A stretch of DNA of 64,000 nucleotides from Macrostomum lignano (lineage: Eukaryota). A program made the translations under genes and the position numbers. Positions 1-15,332 of the stretch are shown here, piece after piece. The stretch's first letter is position 1. Every line of letters starts with the position of its first letter. Location of the stretch: positions 1 to 64,000 of the forward strand of contig NIVC01001465.1 of assembly GCA_002269645.1 (NCBI GenBank), written 5' to 3'. The notes beneath the pieces are model-generated. The model saw nothing but the letters and a program-made list of their open reading frames with translations, was not told where the DNA came from and did no database searches.

Positions 1-44
1 TTGAGACTGAGAAACTCGGGTCATAAAAAGCTTATTTAGGTCAT

Positions 45-1100
45 AGACAGCTTATTAGGTCATGGACAGCTCATTTGGGTCCTGGACATCTCATTTAGGT
101 CACGGACAGCTTATTTGAGTCCTGGACAGCTCATCTCATTTGGCCATGACAGCTTATTGGGTCCTGGACAGCTCATCTCATTTGGGCCATGGACAGCTTA
201 TTTGGGTCCTGGACAGCTCATCTCATTTGGGCCATGGACAGCTTATTTGGGTCCTGGACAGCTCATTTCATTTGGAGCGGACAGCTTATTTGAGTCCTGG
301 ACAGCTCATTTCATTTGGGTCACGGACAGCTTATTTGAGTCCTGGACAGCTCATCTCATTTGGGCCATGGACAGCTATTTGGGTCCTGGACAGCTCATCT
401 CATTTGGGCCATGGACAGCTTATTTGGGTCCTGGACAGCTCATCTTATTTGGGCCATGGACAGCTTATTTGGGTCCTGGACAGCTCATTTCATTTGGGTC
501 ACGGACAGCTTATTTGAGTCCTGAACACCGCTCATCTCATTTGGCCATGGACAGCTTATTTGGGTCCTGGACAGCTCATCTCATTTGGGCCATGAACAGC
601 TTATTTGAGTCCTGGACAGCTCATTTCATTTGGGCCATGGACAGCTTATTTGGGTCCTGGACAGCTCATCTCATTTGGGCCATGAACAGCTTATTTGAGT
701 CCTGGACAGCTCATTTCATTTGGGCCATGGACAGCTTATTTGGGTCCTGGACAGCTCATCTCATTTGGCCATGAACAGCTTATTTGAGTCCTGGACAGCT
801 CATTTCATTTGGGCCATGGACAGCTTATTTGGGTCTGGACAGCTCATCTCATTTGGGCCATGAACAGCTTATTTGAGTCCTGGACAGCTCATTTCATTTG
901 GCCATGGACAGCTTATTTGGGTCCTGGACAGCTCATCTCATTTGGGCCATGAACAGCTTATTTGAGTCCTGGACAGCTCATTTCATTTGGGCATGGACAG
1001 CTTATTTGGGTCATGGACAGCTCATTTCATTTGGGCCATGGACAGCTCATTTGGGTCATGACATCTCATTTGGCCATGGACAGCTTTTTTGGATCACGGA
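45..1100. repeat. 45-bp minisatellite (25+20 bp dimer, both halves starting TGGACAGCT)
   Basis: Unit TGGACAGCTCATCTCATTTGGGCCA-TGGACAGCTTATTTGGGTCC read directly; the 15-aa periodicity in ORF 115..774 matches 45 bp. Confidence 0.95.
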
Positions 1101-1574
1101 CACGTAAAAAACCTAATGCCTACAGTCTATAGACAGAGCGAATGCCACAACCACACTAAATAAAAGAACAGTTTAAATAATTGTCAATAAATAAAGTCAA
1201 GAAGACAATTTTACGAAGTACTTGCTTCTAGAAGCAGGCAATAAAACTCTTTGAACTCAGGCATTTCAGCGGGCATAAAAAATCTCAAGCACTATTAAGC
1301 ATCACCCTATGACAGAATTTAAAGTCAGATCATTAGCACTCAGTTCAAAGTAAACTTTCTAAAAAAATTGAAAAAAAGAATATGAAAATACTGCAAAGCG
1401 CTGCCGCACGCAACATTGCACTGCCTTAGTGACTGCTCAAATTAATAAATATACATAAAAAAACCAACCAGCTTTAGTGTGATGAGAATTCCGCATTGCA
1501 CATTAAGGACTCTTTGTTGCTGCGTGGGGATCTGTTGCGATTCGCAGATGCAAAAATAGCGGATATTTTATAAT

Positions 1575-2060
1575 AAATGGGGATTTTTATGGTAAATGGG
1601 GATTTTTATTGTAAATGGTAATTTTTATGGCAAATAGGGATGTTCAGATGCTAAATAGGGATTTTTATTGTAAATTGGGATTTTTTATAGTAAATGGGGA
1701 TTTTTATTGTAAATTGGGATTTTTTATAGTAAATGGGGATTTTTATTGTAAATGGGGATTTTTATAGTAAATGGGGTTTTTCTATGGTAAATGGGGATTT
1801 GCATATGCTTAAGTCGGGATTTTTATGGTAAATGGGGACTTTTATTGTAAATGAGGATTTTTGTAGTAAATGGGAATATTTTATGGTAAATGGGGATTTG
1901 CAGATGCTTAAATGGGGATTTTTATAGTAAATGGGGATTTTTAGTGTAAATTGGGGATGTTTGCGGTAAATGGGGATTTTTATTGTAAATGAGGATTTTT
2001 AGTGTAAGTTGGGGATGTTTGCGGTACATGGGGATTTTTATTGTAAATGAGGATTTTTCA
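1575..2060. repeat. ~19-20 bp degenerate minisatellite
   Basis: Repeated AAATGGGGATTTTTATTGT-like units. Confidence 0.9.
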
Positions 2061-2180
2061 ATATTCAATACAGATTGTGAATGACAAAGATGTCTAAAAA
2101 AAAGTTGCATAGAGATTAATCAAATGACAGCACGGGTAACGCATTGACTACGTTATAATAATTACTAAATTCCTGTCGCT

Positions 2181-2892
2181 CTAATCAACTTTGCTCCCCT
2201 TCCAGCCACCGTCGGGCTCCGGCAGCTCCGCCCCGTCATCCTCTTTCTCAGCTTCGTCATCGGACGACGAAGCGTCGGGCTCTGGCACGTCGGGCAGCAG
2301 GCCGGTGGGAATCATGGCCACCAGGATGGCGCAGGCCACCAGCAGGGTGAACAGAATAGGCAGGGTGAGCAGGTGGTACACAGGCCACAGGCGTAGGTCA
2401 GGCACAGGCTGCCCAGAACAAAGCTGGCGGCGGCAATGGGATCAGGGCCGGGTGCCGCACCTCCCATTGGCTGGACGGCACACCCAGGTAGGTGGTGAGG
2501 TAGAGGGCGCAGTACAGCGCCAGGCAGAGCGTCAGGCCGATGAGGGCGGCGCCGGCGGTCAGCCAGCCGCGACGGAGCCTCTCGGAGTCGAACAGCACGA
2601 GCGGCACGAGGTCCGTGTAGCCCAGCAGGGCCAGCGCGGCCAGCAGCCAGCACACGTTGGCCAGGGAGAAGGGCGAGGCTGGCGGCGAGGTCGACGACGC
2701 CCCGCCGCCGCCCGATGTACTATTCGTATTATCTGCAGCGGCAGACTTCTTGGCAGATTCGGCCGCGGCCAGCAGGCGAGCGAAACTGTCGCCGGCGCCG
2801 ATTTGAATCATTTCGGCGCGCATCGCTTCGGCGTCCGTCGTGTCGGGCGATTCCGACGTTCCGACGTCGCGTTCTGCCGCGGGACGGCGCAT
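2181..2892 (-). CDS. TMEM128: TMEM128-family membrane protein, single exon, with two -1 frameshifts (~2438-2440 and ~2390-2391)
   Basis: WLLAALALLGYTDL..WLTAGAALIGLTLCLALYCALYL..W.VRHPALIP|IAAASFVLGSLCLTYA|LWPVYHLLTLPILFTLLVACAILVAM matches the TMEM128 pattern as I recall it (WILASIVVTYYVD..FLCGSALL..FYCIVYL..YPALIPITTASF..IALWHVWSFFTPLLLF). Adding one C to each of two C-runs restores a single frame. Start ATG at 2892 is assumed. Confidence 0.8.
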
Positions 2893-3014
2893 GTGAGAAA
2901 AGATGAGCTGCGCCGCATGAAATTTCAAAAAAAATTTGTTGCATTGGCTATCGCTGATAATGCATATTGGATTGGGATTTTCCAAAGGGATTTTAGGCAG
3001 GATAATCCCCCTTA

Positions 3015-4095
3015 ATCTGTACGGATAACCATTTGATAATCTTCTGATAATCCTACGGATAATCTTCTGATAGTCCTACGGATAATCTTCCGATGATCCT
3101 ACGGATAATCTTCTGATAATCCTACGGATAATCTTCTGATAGTCCTACGGATAATCTTCCGATGATCCTATGGATAATCTTCTGATAATCCTACGGATAA
3201 TCTTCTGATAATCCTACGGATAATCTTCTGATAGTCCTACGGATAATCTTCCGATGATCCTACGGATAATCTTCTGATAATCCTACGGATAATCTTCTGA
3301 TAGTCCTACGGATAATCTTCTGATAGTCCTACGGATAATCTTCTGATAGTCCTACGGATAATCTTCCGATGATCCTACGGATAATCTTCTGATAGTCCTA
3401 CGGATAATCTTCCGATGATCCTACGGATAATCTTCCGATGATCCTACGGATAATCTTCTGATAATCCTACGGATAATCTTCTAATAGTCCTACGGATAAT
3501 CTTCTAATAGTCCTACGGATAATCTTCTGATAATCTTCTAAAATCCTTCAGATAATCTTCTGATAATCCTACGGATAATCTTCCTATAATCCTACGGATA
3601 ATTTTCTGATAATCTTCTAAAATCCTTCAGATAATCTTCTAAAATCCTTCAGATAATCTTCTGATAATCCTACGGATAATCTTCCCATAATCCTACGGAT
3701 AATCTTCTGATAATCTTCTAAAATCCTTCAGATAATCTTCTGATAATCCTACGGATAATCTTCTGATAATCCTACGGATAATGTTCTGATAATCTTCTAA
3801 AATCCTTCAGATAATCTTCTAAAATCCTTCAGATAATCTTCTAAAATCCTTCAGATAATCTTCTAAAATCCTTCAGATAATCTTCTAAAATCCTTCAGAT
3901 AATCTTCCCATAATCCTACGGATAATCTTCCCATAATCCTACGGATAGTCTTCCGATAATCCTACGGATAATCTTCTGATAATGCTTCGGATAATCTTCT
4001 AATAATCCTACGGATAATCTTCTGATAAGCCTACGGATAATCTTCTGATAGTCCTACGGATAATATTCCGATAATCCTATGGATAATCTTCTAAT
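3015..4095. repeat. 23-bp minisatellite
   Basis: Unit ATAATCTTCTGATAATCCTACGG with variants. Confidence 0.95.
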
Positions 4096-4551
4096 AATCT
4101 TAAGTATAATCTTCTTCAATTCAGTTTAACCAAAAAGTTTTCTGACAAAACAGCAAACCACCATTGCAACTATATTTCCTTGACCAGTGACCGACAAAAA
4201 GACAACGTTCGAAAACAATCAGCATCACAGAACAATAAGATACGCCAAAAATACCAAAAATACACGAAAACTGGAAAAATCAATTTGCGAAAAACGCCCA
4301 ACAAAAAGTGGAATAAAATCAGATGTATGGAGATTTCGAATGAAGTCTCGAAAGAAAAATATAGAGCACAAAACGAATGAATGAGATTCATAAAAAGTAT
4401 ACACATCGATGCCACACACCTGCTTGTAAAAATATGGCAGAAAAAAGCACAAAATACATGTAATAAATAGGGTTTCAGAAAATAAAAACTGCACTTACTC
4501 TTGTAAGGTTTGAGCTTGGAAGTAAATATTGCTCATGTTGCAGCCAGATTG

Positions 4552-5790
4552 CAGGGGCGGATATCTGGTAGGAGCAGATAGATTTTACAGGGGACGGATA
4601 GATTCTTGTAGGGGCGGAGAGATTATTTTAGGGGCGGAGAGATTATTTTAGGGCGGATAGATTATTTTAGGGGCGGATAGATTATTTTAGGGGCGGATAG
4701 ATTATTGTAGGGCGGATAGATTCTTGTAGGGGCGGATAGATTATTGTAGGGGCAGATAGATTTTACAGGGGGCGGATAGTTTATTGTAGGGGCGGATAGA
4801 TTATTGTAGGAGCAGATAGATTTTACAGGGGGCGGATATATTATTGTAGGGTCGGATAGATTATTTTAGGGGCGGATAGATTATTGTAGGGGCGGATAGA
4901 TTATTGTAGGGGCGGATAGATTATTGTAGGGCGGATATATTATTGTAGGGGCGGATAGATTATTGTAGGGGCGGATAGATTATTGTAGGGGCGGATAGAT
5001 TCTTGTAGGGGCGGATAGATTATTGTAGGGGCGGATAGATTATTGTAGGGGCGGATAGATTATTGTAGGAGCAGATAGATTTTACAGGGGGCGGATAGAT
5101 TCTTGTAGGGGCGGATAGATTTTACAGGGGGCGGATAGATTCTTGTAGAGGCGGATAGTTTATTGTAGGGGCGGAAAAATTATTTTAGGGGCGGAAAAAT
5201 TATTTTAGGGGCGGATAGATTATTGTATGGGCGGATAGATTCTTGTAGGGGCGAATAGATTCTTGTAGGGACGGATAGATTCTTGTAGGGGCGGATATCT
5301 TGTAGGAGCAGATAGACTTTTACAGGGGGCGGATAGATTCTTGTAGGGCGGACAGATTCTTGTAGGGGCGGACAGATTCTTGTAGGGGCGGAAAGATTCT
5401 TGTAGGGGCGGAAAGATTCTTGTAGGGCGGACAGATTCTTGTAGGGGCGGACAGATTCTTGTAGGGCGGACAGATTCTTGTAGGGGCGGATAGATTCTTG
5501 TAGGGACGGACAGATTCTTGTAGGGGCGGATATCTTGTAGGAGCAGATAGACTTTTACAGCGGGCGGATAGATTCTTGTAGGGGCGGACAGATTCTTGTA
5601 GGGGCGGATAGATTATTGTAAAGGCGGATAGACTTTTGTAGGGGCGGATAGTGGCGTGGGGGCGGATGTCTTATTGTAGGGGCGGATAGTGGGGGCAGCT
5701 GTCATATTGTAGGGGCGGATAGTGGGGGCGGATCTCTTATTGTAGGGGCGGATAGTGGGGGCGGATGTGTCATTGTAGGGGTGGATAGTT
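4552..5790. repeat. 20-bp minisatellite with GGGGCGGATA core
   Basis: Unit GGGGCGGATAGATTATTGTA. Confidence 0.95.
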
Positions 5791-5895
5791 AATAGGGTCA
5801 ATAATCATACAAGAAGTCAGGCCAAAAATACTTCAGCACTGTGCAAAACAACACAGCAGGCAAAGTAACGCTAACGCAGCCCCGCCACCGCACTT

Positions 5896-6135
5896 TTAAT
5901 CGGCAACTCCTCTCCGCTGCACCTGCCGCAGGAGGCTCTGCAGGCCAGACGCGCCGCCGACCCGTTGCAAGGCGCGCGAATCTAACGAGCGCGCCACCTG
6001 ACTCTGCAGGCGCGCCATCGAAGCGGCGCTGGCGTCGGATTTCAAGTCGCCATCGGCGCTGAACAGGCCGCGAATTCCGCCGACGCGTCGCACCATCTGT
6101 GAGAGCTTGGCGTACTGGCTGAGCATCGTGCGCAC
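5896..6135 (-). CDS. SRP54: SRP54 exon 5 (M-domain C-terminus, stop TAA)
   Basis: VRTMLSQYAKLSQMVRRVGGIRGLF...GGASGLQSLLRQ; acceptor gtcag|GTG at 6135. Confidence 0.93.
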   Translation of the reverse strand: MRTMLSQYAKLSQMVRRVGGIRGLFSADGDLKSDASAASMARLQSQVARSLDSRALQRVGGASGLQSLLRQVQRRGVAD

Positions 6136-6404
6136 CTGACGCGGGATGGGGGGGGTTGTTAGATGTGGGGAAAGTGAAAAAAAACTGTCAACACTTCATG
6201 TAGGCAGCGATTTTTTTATTGTGCTTACGATTGAAGATGCTTGAAAGGAGAGGGGAAAAACAGAGTTCGAGAAGGAAATAAAGCCGTAGCGGGGGATAAG
6301 GAGTGGGTAAGACAGCGGGTAAGGCAGAGAAAGGGGACAGAAGGAGAGAGGAGGACGCAGATGACATGGTGAGGCGGACAGTCGGAGATATTAGATGAGT
6401 CAGA

Positions 6405-6797
6405 GGTTGAGGCAAAGGGTGAGGCAGAGGTTGAGGCAGAAGGTGAGGCAGAGGTTGAGGCAGAGGGTGAGGCAGAGGGTGGGGTAGAGGTTGAGGCAGA
6501 GGTTGAGGCAGAGGGTGAGGCAGAGGGTGAGTCAGAGGGTGGGGTAGAGGTTGAGGCAGAGGTTGAGGCAGAGGTTGAGGCAGAGGTTGAGGCAGAGGGT
6601 GAGGCAGAGGGTGAGGCAGAGGGTGAGGCAGAGGGTGAGGCAGAGGGTGAGTCAGAGGGTGAGTCAGAGGGTGAGGCAGAGGTTGAGGCAGAGGTTGAGG
6701 CAGAGGGTGAGGCAGAGGGTGAGGCAGAGGGTGAGGCAGAGGGTGAGGCAGAGGGTGAGTCAGAGGGTGAGGCAGAGGTTGAGGCAGAGGGTGAGGC
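6405..6797. repeat. 12-bp minisatellite in SRP54 intron 4
   Basis: (GAGGCAGAGG[G/T]T)n; source of the PHPL/RQRV ORFs. Confidence 0.95.
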
Positions 6798-6987
6798 ACA
6801 GAGACAAGGTGAAGTAGAGACGGAGGCAGAGAGGACGGGAGCAAACAGGGTGAATAGTGCAGTTGCATAAACGGGGAGTCAGGACCAGATGTTAGTCAGG
6901 ATAATCCATGGGGTGCAAAGGGCAAAACTGAGAGAAGCAGGAGACAACAGTTAAGACGGACACGGAGCAAAGAACAAAGGATTTCAC

Positions 6988-7323
6988 CTCTCTCTCCGAC
7001 ACGCCAGAACCTCGAGCCACTCTAGTGGCCCTAGCCGAGCAGTTAGAAAACAGCCGGCATCCGTCGGCGGCATCCAGCTCAGAGTCGGACATGCTGTCCA
7101 AGACTGTCAGATAGCGCCTGAACTGGTCCCGGCCTTCCAATTCGTTCTTGTTGCCAAGCGAGCCAAAGCCGGGAATGGCCGCCATAACCTGAGAAAACGA
7201 GCCCAGCTCTTGAAAGGTGGCGAATTGTTCCTGGAAGTCGCGCAGAGTGAACAGGCCTTGTCTGAGCCGGCGCATCTTCTCGGCGTTGCTGGCCTCGTCC
7301 TGGGAGCTGGACATCTCGCTCAC
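6988..7323 (-). CDS. SRP54: SRP54 exon 4 (M domain)
   Basis: GLFTLRDFQEQF..MAAIPGF..LTVLDSMSDSELD..RVARGSGVSERE; acceptor ggcag|GTG, donor GAG|gtgaaa; 336 bp, phase 0. Confidence 0.95.
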
Positions 7324-7424
7324 CTGCCAATTAAGGCGATTCGAGGGCGACTTTCTATAGAGAAAATGGGTCAGAGGGAAATTCTTAAATTAGAGATTAG
7401 AATTAAAGGGAGATCAAGGGGACT

Positions 7425-8790
7425 AGATGTCGATTTTCAAGGGGATTAGATGTCGATTATCAAGAGGATTAGATGTCGATTATCAAGAGGATTAGATGTC
7501 GATTATCAAGAGGATTAGATGTCGATTATCAAGAGGATTAGATGTCGATTATCAAGAGGATTAGATGTCGATTATCAAGAGGATTAGATGTCGATTATCA
7601 AAGGGATTAGATGTCGATTATCAAGGAGATTAGATGTCGATTATCAAGAGGATTAGATGTCGATTATCAAGGGGATTATATGTTAATTATCAAGGGGATT
7701 AGATGTCGATTATCAAAGGGATTAGATGTCGATTATCAAGGGGATTATATGTCAATTATCAAGGGGATTAGATGTCGCTTATCAAGATGATTAGATGTCG
7801 ATTATCAAAGGGATTAGATGTCGATTATCAAGGGGATTAGATGTCGATTATCAAGAGGATTAGATGTCGATTATCAAAGGGATTAGATGTCGATTATCAA
7901 AGGGATTAGATGTCGATTATCAAAGGGATTAGATGTCGATTATCAAGGGGATTATATGTCAATTATCAAGGAGATTAGATGTCGATTATCAAAGGGATTA
8001 GATGTCGATTATCAAAGGGATTAGATGTCGATTATCAAAGGGATTAGATGTCGATTATCAAAGGGATTAGATGTCGATTATCAAAGGGATTAGATGTCGA
8101 TTATCAAAGGGATTAGATGTCGATTATCAAAGGGATTAGATGTCGATTATCAAAGGGATTAGATGTCGATTATCAAAGGGATTAGATGTCGATTATCAAA
8201 GGGATTAGATGTCGATTATCAAAGGGATTAGATGTCGATTATCAAGGGGATTATATGTCAATTATCAAGGGGATTAGATGTCGCTTATCAAGATGATTAG
8301 ATGTCGATTATCAAAGGGATTAGATGTCGATTATCAAGAGGATTAGATGTCGATTATCAAAGGGACTAGATGTCGATTATCAAGAGGATTAGATGTCGAT
8401 TATCAAAGGGATTAGATGTCGATTATCAAGAGGATTAGATGTCGATTATCAAAGGGATTAGATGTCGATTATCAAGAGGATTAGATGTCGATTATCAAAG
8501 GGATTAGATGTCGATTATCAAGAGGATTTGATGTCGATTATCAAGAGGATTTGATGTCGATTATCAAGAGGATTAGATGTCGATTATCAAAGGGACTAGA
8601 TGTCGATTATCAAGAGGATTAGATGTCGATTATCAAAGGGATTAGATGTCGATTATCAAGAGGATTAGATGTCGATTATCAAAGAGATTAGATGTCGATT
8701 ATCAAGAGGATTTGATGTCGATTATCAAGAGGATTTGATGTCGATTATCAAGAGGATTTGATGTCGATTATCAAGAGGATTAGATGGCGA
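7425..8790. repeat. 23-bp minisatellite filling SRP54 intron 3
   Basis: Unit GGGATTAGATGTCGATTATCAAA. Confidence 0.95.
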
Positions 8791-8824
8791 TTCTCAAGGC
8801 CGATATGAGGGTAACTCTCAACTA

Positions 8825-9181
<357 letters not shown>

Positions 9182-9703
9182 TTAATATCAAAACTCTGTA
9201 CTGCACTACTTTCTACATATCTGTTCAGTAGCAAGTATAGAACATTGTTGTTATTTTATGCAGTTACAAGAGAGTACTAACGCCAAAGGGCAGAGTACGA
9301 TAAGAAAGTCATAGGACCGCTTTACACCCTGTGCGAGTGTTTGCACTTATTAGAATTTGAATCGCTTCTCGCATTTATAACAACTCTATTTACTCTACTC
9401 GAGTGAGTTTGTAGAAAGTTAAGCGCTAACACAACGACTCTTGTTCGCGACTCTTTACGATTCTAGAACTCATGTGATGCGCTCGTGATTAACATTCGTC
9501 TCTGAGTCACAATACCCGCCCTAAGAGTCGGCAGAGTCACTAGTGACTTGTTTGCAATGACTGTTTAGCGCGATTCTTGTCAAGGTAACGTCTCTAACGG
9601 GTTCAACTTCTTGTGTAGCTTGTGCATAAAAATAGTCGGCATTCCTGCTACAATTAGTTAGCAAAAGTGCTAAGCTAAACTGCCTCCCGACCCGATCACC
9701 AAC

Positions 9704-10081
9704 CTGGAGCATCTCCTCAAACAGCGCGTCCTCCTGGCGGTGCCTGCCAGACGTGTCCACAATGATGACTTCGAAGCCGTCTCGCTTGAACCTGTCCACG
9801 CCTTCGTTGGCAATGACAGCCGGGTCGGTCTCGGTGTAGGAGCCGTAGAACGGTATCCCGGCCTTGGCGGCGTTCTGCTTGAACTGGTCGAACGCCCCAG
9901 CCCGGTAGGTGTCCGCGCACACCATGCAGGTGCGCCAGCTGCGGCGCTGATAATACCTGGCCAGCTTTGTGGCCGTTGTGGTTTTGCCGCTGCCCTGCAG
10001 CCCCACCAGCATCACAGTGTTGGGCCGGCCTTTCACCGGCTGCCAGGGCGCCACGCCCGGGTCCATCAGGCGAACCAGCTC
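9704..10081 (-). CDS. SRP54: SRP54 exon 2 (P-loop [23 protein letters not shown])
   Basis: SRP GTPase motifs G1-G3 intact; acceptor ccgcag|GAG, donor CAG|gttggt; 378 bp. Confidence 0.97.
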
Positions 10082-10184
10082 CTGCGGGAGGCGGCGGCGC
10101 GTTGCAGCGAATGATCGGTTTGAGTCCATCTGCTCCGCTTGGTTTCGAATACCTTAGACACCTTTATGGTCTTATATCTTCTAT

Positions 10185-12270
10185 CACCCCTACCCTTCAG
10201 TTTCTGCCTGACTCCTTAGTATCCGCTCCCTTGACTCTTTAGTATCCGCCCCCCCTCCGACTCTTCAGTATCCGCTCCCCGACTCTTCAGTATCCGCTCC
10301 CCGACTCTTCAGTATCTGCTCCCCGACTCTTCAGTATCTGCTCCCCGACTCTTCAGCATCCGCTCCCCGACTCTTCAGTATCCACCCCCCTCCGACTCTT
10401 CAGTATCCGCCCCCTCCGACTCTTCAGTATCCGCTCCCCGACTCTTCAGTATCCGCCCCCTCCGACTCTTCAGTATCCGCCCCCTCTGACTCCTCAGTAT
10501 CCACTCCCTTGACTCTTTAGTATCCGCCCCCCCCCGACTCTTCAGTATCCGCCCCCTCCGACCCTTCAGTATCCGCCCCCTCCGACTCTTCAGTATCCGC
10601 CCCCTCCGACTCCTCAGTATCCGCTCCCTTGACTCTTTAGTATCCGCCCCCCCCCGACTCTTCAGTATCCACCCCTCCGACTCTTCAGTATCCGCCCCTC
10701 CGACTCTTCAGTATCCGCCCCCTCCGACTCTTCAGTATCCGTTCCCCGACTCTTCAGCATCCGCTCCCCGACTCTTCAGTATCCGCTCCCCGACTCTTCA
10801 GTATCCGCTCCCTTGACTCTTCAGTATCCGCCCCCTCCCGACTCTTCAGTATCTGCTCCCCGACTCTTTAGTATCCGCTCCCTGACTCTTCAGTATCCGC
10901 CCCCTCCGACTCTTCAGTATCCGCCCCCTCCGACTCTTCAGTATCCGCCCCCTCCCGACTCTTCAGTATCTGCTCCCCGACTCTTTAGTATCCGCTCCCT
11001 GACTCTTCAGTATCCGCCCCCTCCGACTCTTCAGTATCCGCCCCCTCCGACTCTTCAGTATCCGCCCCCTCCGACTCTTCAGTATCTGCTCCCCGACTCT
11101 TCAGTATCTGCTCCCCGACTCTTCAGTATCCGCCCCCTCCGACTCTTCAGTATCTGCTCCCCGACTCTTCAGTATCTGCTCCCCGACTCTTCAGCATCCG
11201 CTCAACGACTCTTCAGTATCCGCCCCCTCCGACTCTTCAGTATCCGCCCCCTCCCGACTCTTCAGTATCTGCTCCCCGACTCTTTAGTATCCGCTCCCTG
11301 ACTCTTCAGTATCCGCCCCCTCCGACTCTTCAGTATCCGCCCCCTCCGACTCTTCAGTATCCGCCCCCTCCCGACTCTTCAGTATCTGCTCCCCGACTCT
11401 TTAGTATCCGCTCCCTGACTCTTCAGTATCCGCCCCCTCCGACTCTTCAGTATCCGCCCCTCCGACTCTTCAGTATCCGCCCCCCCCCGACTCTTCAGCA
11501 TCCGCTCAACGACTCTTCAGTATCCGCCCCCTCCGACTCTTCAGTATCCGCCCCCTCCGACTCTTCAGTATCTGCTCCCCGACTCTTCAGTATCTGCTCC
11601 CCGACTCTTCAGTATCTGCTCCCCGACTCTTCAGTATCTGCTCCCCGACTCTTCAGCATCCGCTCAACGACTCTTCAGTATCCGCCCCCTCCGACTCTTC
11701 AGTATCCGCCCCCTCCCGACTCTTCAGTATCTGCTCCCCGACTCTTTAGTATCCGCTCCCTGACTCTTCAGTATCCGCCCCCTCCGACTCTTCAGTATCC
11801 GCCCCCTCCGACTCTTCAGTATCCGCCCCCTCCCGACTCTTCAGTATCTGCTCCCCGACTCTTTAGTATCCGCTCCCTGACTCTTCAGTATCCGCCCCCT
11901 CCGACTCTTCAGTATCCGCCCCCTCCGACTCTTCAGTATCGGCCCCCCCCCGACTCTTCAGCATCCGCTCAACGACTCTTCAGTATCCGCCCCCTCCGAC
12001 TCTTCAGTATCCGCCCCCTCCGACTCTTCAGTATCTGCTCCCCGACTCTTCAGTATCTGCTCCCCGACTCTTCAGCATCCGCTCAACGACTCTTCAGTAT
12101 CCGCCCCCTCCGACTCTTCAGTATCCGCCCCCTCCGACTCTTCAGTATCCGCCCCCTCCGACTCTTCAGTATCCGTCCCCCTCCGACTCTTCAGTATCCG
12201 TCCCCCGACTCTTCAGTATCCGCCCCCTCCGACTCTTCAGTATCCGCCCCCTCCGACTCTTCAGTATTCG
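10185..12270. repeat. ~24-bp minisatellite filling SRP54 intron 1
   Basis: Unit CGACTCTTCAGTATCCGCCCCCTC (23-25 bp variants). Confidence 0.95.
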
Positions 12271-12384
12271 CTCCCCATTCTCCGAGTGTTCAGCTACCCC
12301 CTAATCTCCAGTAAGTGCGCCCTTTCATCCTTAATTAACCCCGTGTAACTATTTAAAGTTATTTAGAAATCTTAGTTTAGGCTA

Positions 12385-13480
<1,096 letters not shown>

Positions 13481-15329
13481 CATTTTTATTGTCAATAGGG
13501 AGAATTTTGTCAATTAAGTATTTTATTACAAGTGATATTTATTCAAAGAACATGACATTTTCTTTTTACCAGCTAATAGCTATCATCATCATGGCATCTT
13601 GGTAAATTTTTGAAAAATCTTGATGGCATTTTGCATGCCACTTGTTGTTCATTTTTAAGCCTATATATATATGGTTATCCACATTTTCCTTGTGTTATTT
13701 GCCAAATATAATTCTTTAATTTCTTACATTCTATAATCATAATATAAAATCAATAGATATTGGCTACCTTTTTAGATGTCTAGCACTTGCTATAAAGCTT
13801 AACCTTTAGTGGCTTTCCAGTTAGTTGAAAATAAAGAAATAGCTTGTAAAGGCTAAGTTAATTAAGAATAAATATTGTCCAAGGACCTAGGCAATCTTAG
13901 CTAGATATAAATAGATATATGAAAAATGGTTAAATAATAGAACTATATCAATATTAACTTTAAGGCATAAATATAGATAGTACTGGTTACTTTAATAATA
14001 GTCACTTTGGTAATAGTCACTTGAGTCAGTTTAGTAAAAGTCATTTTGGGATTATCTATTTTAATAACAACCTTTTTAATACCAAATATATAAAGGTCAT
14101 TGGGTGTTTTTTAGAAGTTTTTTTATTGATAAATAATTTTTAGGTAATTCTTTATTATTGTGTTTACTTGTATCAAATATTTATCATATTTGTTATGTTG
14201 CTTAATGGCAAAGATATGGATATGCAAATTTAGTTTATTTTAAATATTAAATATGCGTAATAAAAAATAATAAATCTGACCTGTTTCCATGTTGGCATAA
14301 GCAATATATGCAATGTCTATGTTGCAGTATTAAAAGACTTAAAAATCTTTTAAAAAGTAAAAAATGTCTTAAATATTAAAAAGAAAATTAGGCAAATAAA
14401 GGCAAATGCAACTTACAATGAATATATAACCAAGGAGAAGCTACTTGTATATTTTTTGCCAACACATTTTCAAATACATCTTCCAACATGGCAATACTTT
14501 TTTACAACAATTAAAATATTGCAAAAATGTTGGAAAAATATTGGGAAAAAAGTATTATAACAATTTATTATTGCCAACACATTTTCAGACACATCTTCTA
14601 ATACTTTTATAACACTTTTTGCAACATTTTAAGTGTCATAGGTGTTAGAAAATGTATTTAAAAATTTGTCAGCAAAAGTTATATAGGTAGAGAAGTGGCA
14701 ATCTTCAAGTTTCGTTTGTTAAATTATTTTTTCGATGATTTCTGAACTATCTTGCTCTGAGATGATTATTTTCGAGCTTTCCAGTGTACCCAGCCCTTTC
14801 CTAGCTGAGAAAGTAGCAGCTTTGTTAATATTAACCTCTAAGGTATCATAAAGCCAGAAATATAAGATGCAAACAAGCTTATATTTATCAAATTAGATGG
14901 CAATATAAATATTGTATTAGTTGACCAAGCAATCAATAAAGAAAATATATATGGTTGATAGTATAAGTAAGCATAGGGCCTATATAATATAAATATAAAT
15001 ATATAAAGCCCCTATTATTAGATTTAATTCTTTGAAAATATAGACAAAAATAGACATTTCAAAACTTGTTGCCTAGCAAAATCAAATATAACAAAGTAAA
15101 GAGTATTCCAAAAGAGTTATAAGCAATGTTAGAAGAATTTATTTAATTTATGAATGACCTTTAAAAACATAAAATCTTATAGTTATAAACACTTATAGTT
15201 ATAAACCTAAGGAGATATGTTCTATTTTCAATCTAGTGGTTTAACTTTAGTGAACATATTCAAGAATATTAGGGCCTAATCTAAAAATCAAGATTCAAGT
15301 GCTAAATAATATTATTTGCTTTTTGAAGT

Positions 15330-15332
<3 letters not shown>

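Noticed and set aside
2390-2440. Programmed ribosomal frameshifting in TMEM128
   Set aside because: No slippery heptamer or stimulatory structure was seen. Two 1-bp homopolymer deletions explain it more simply.
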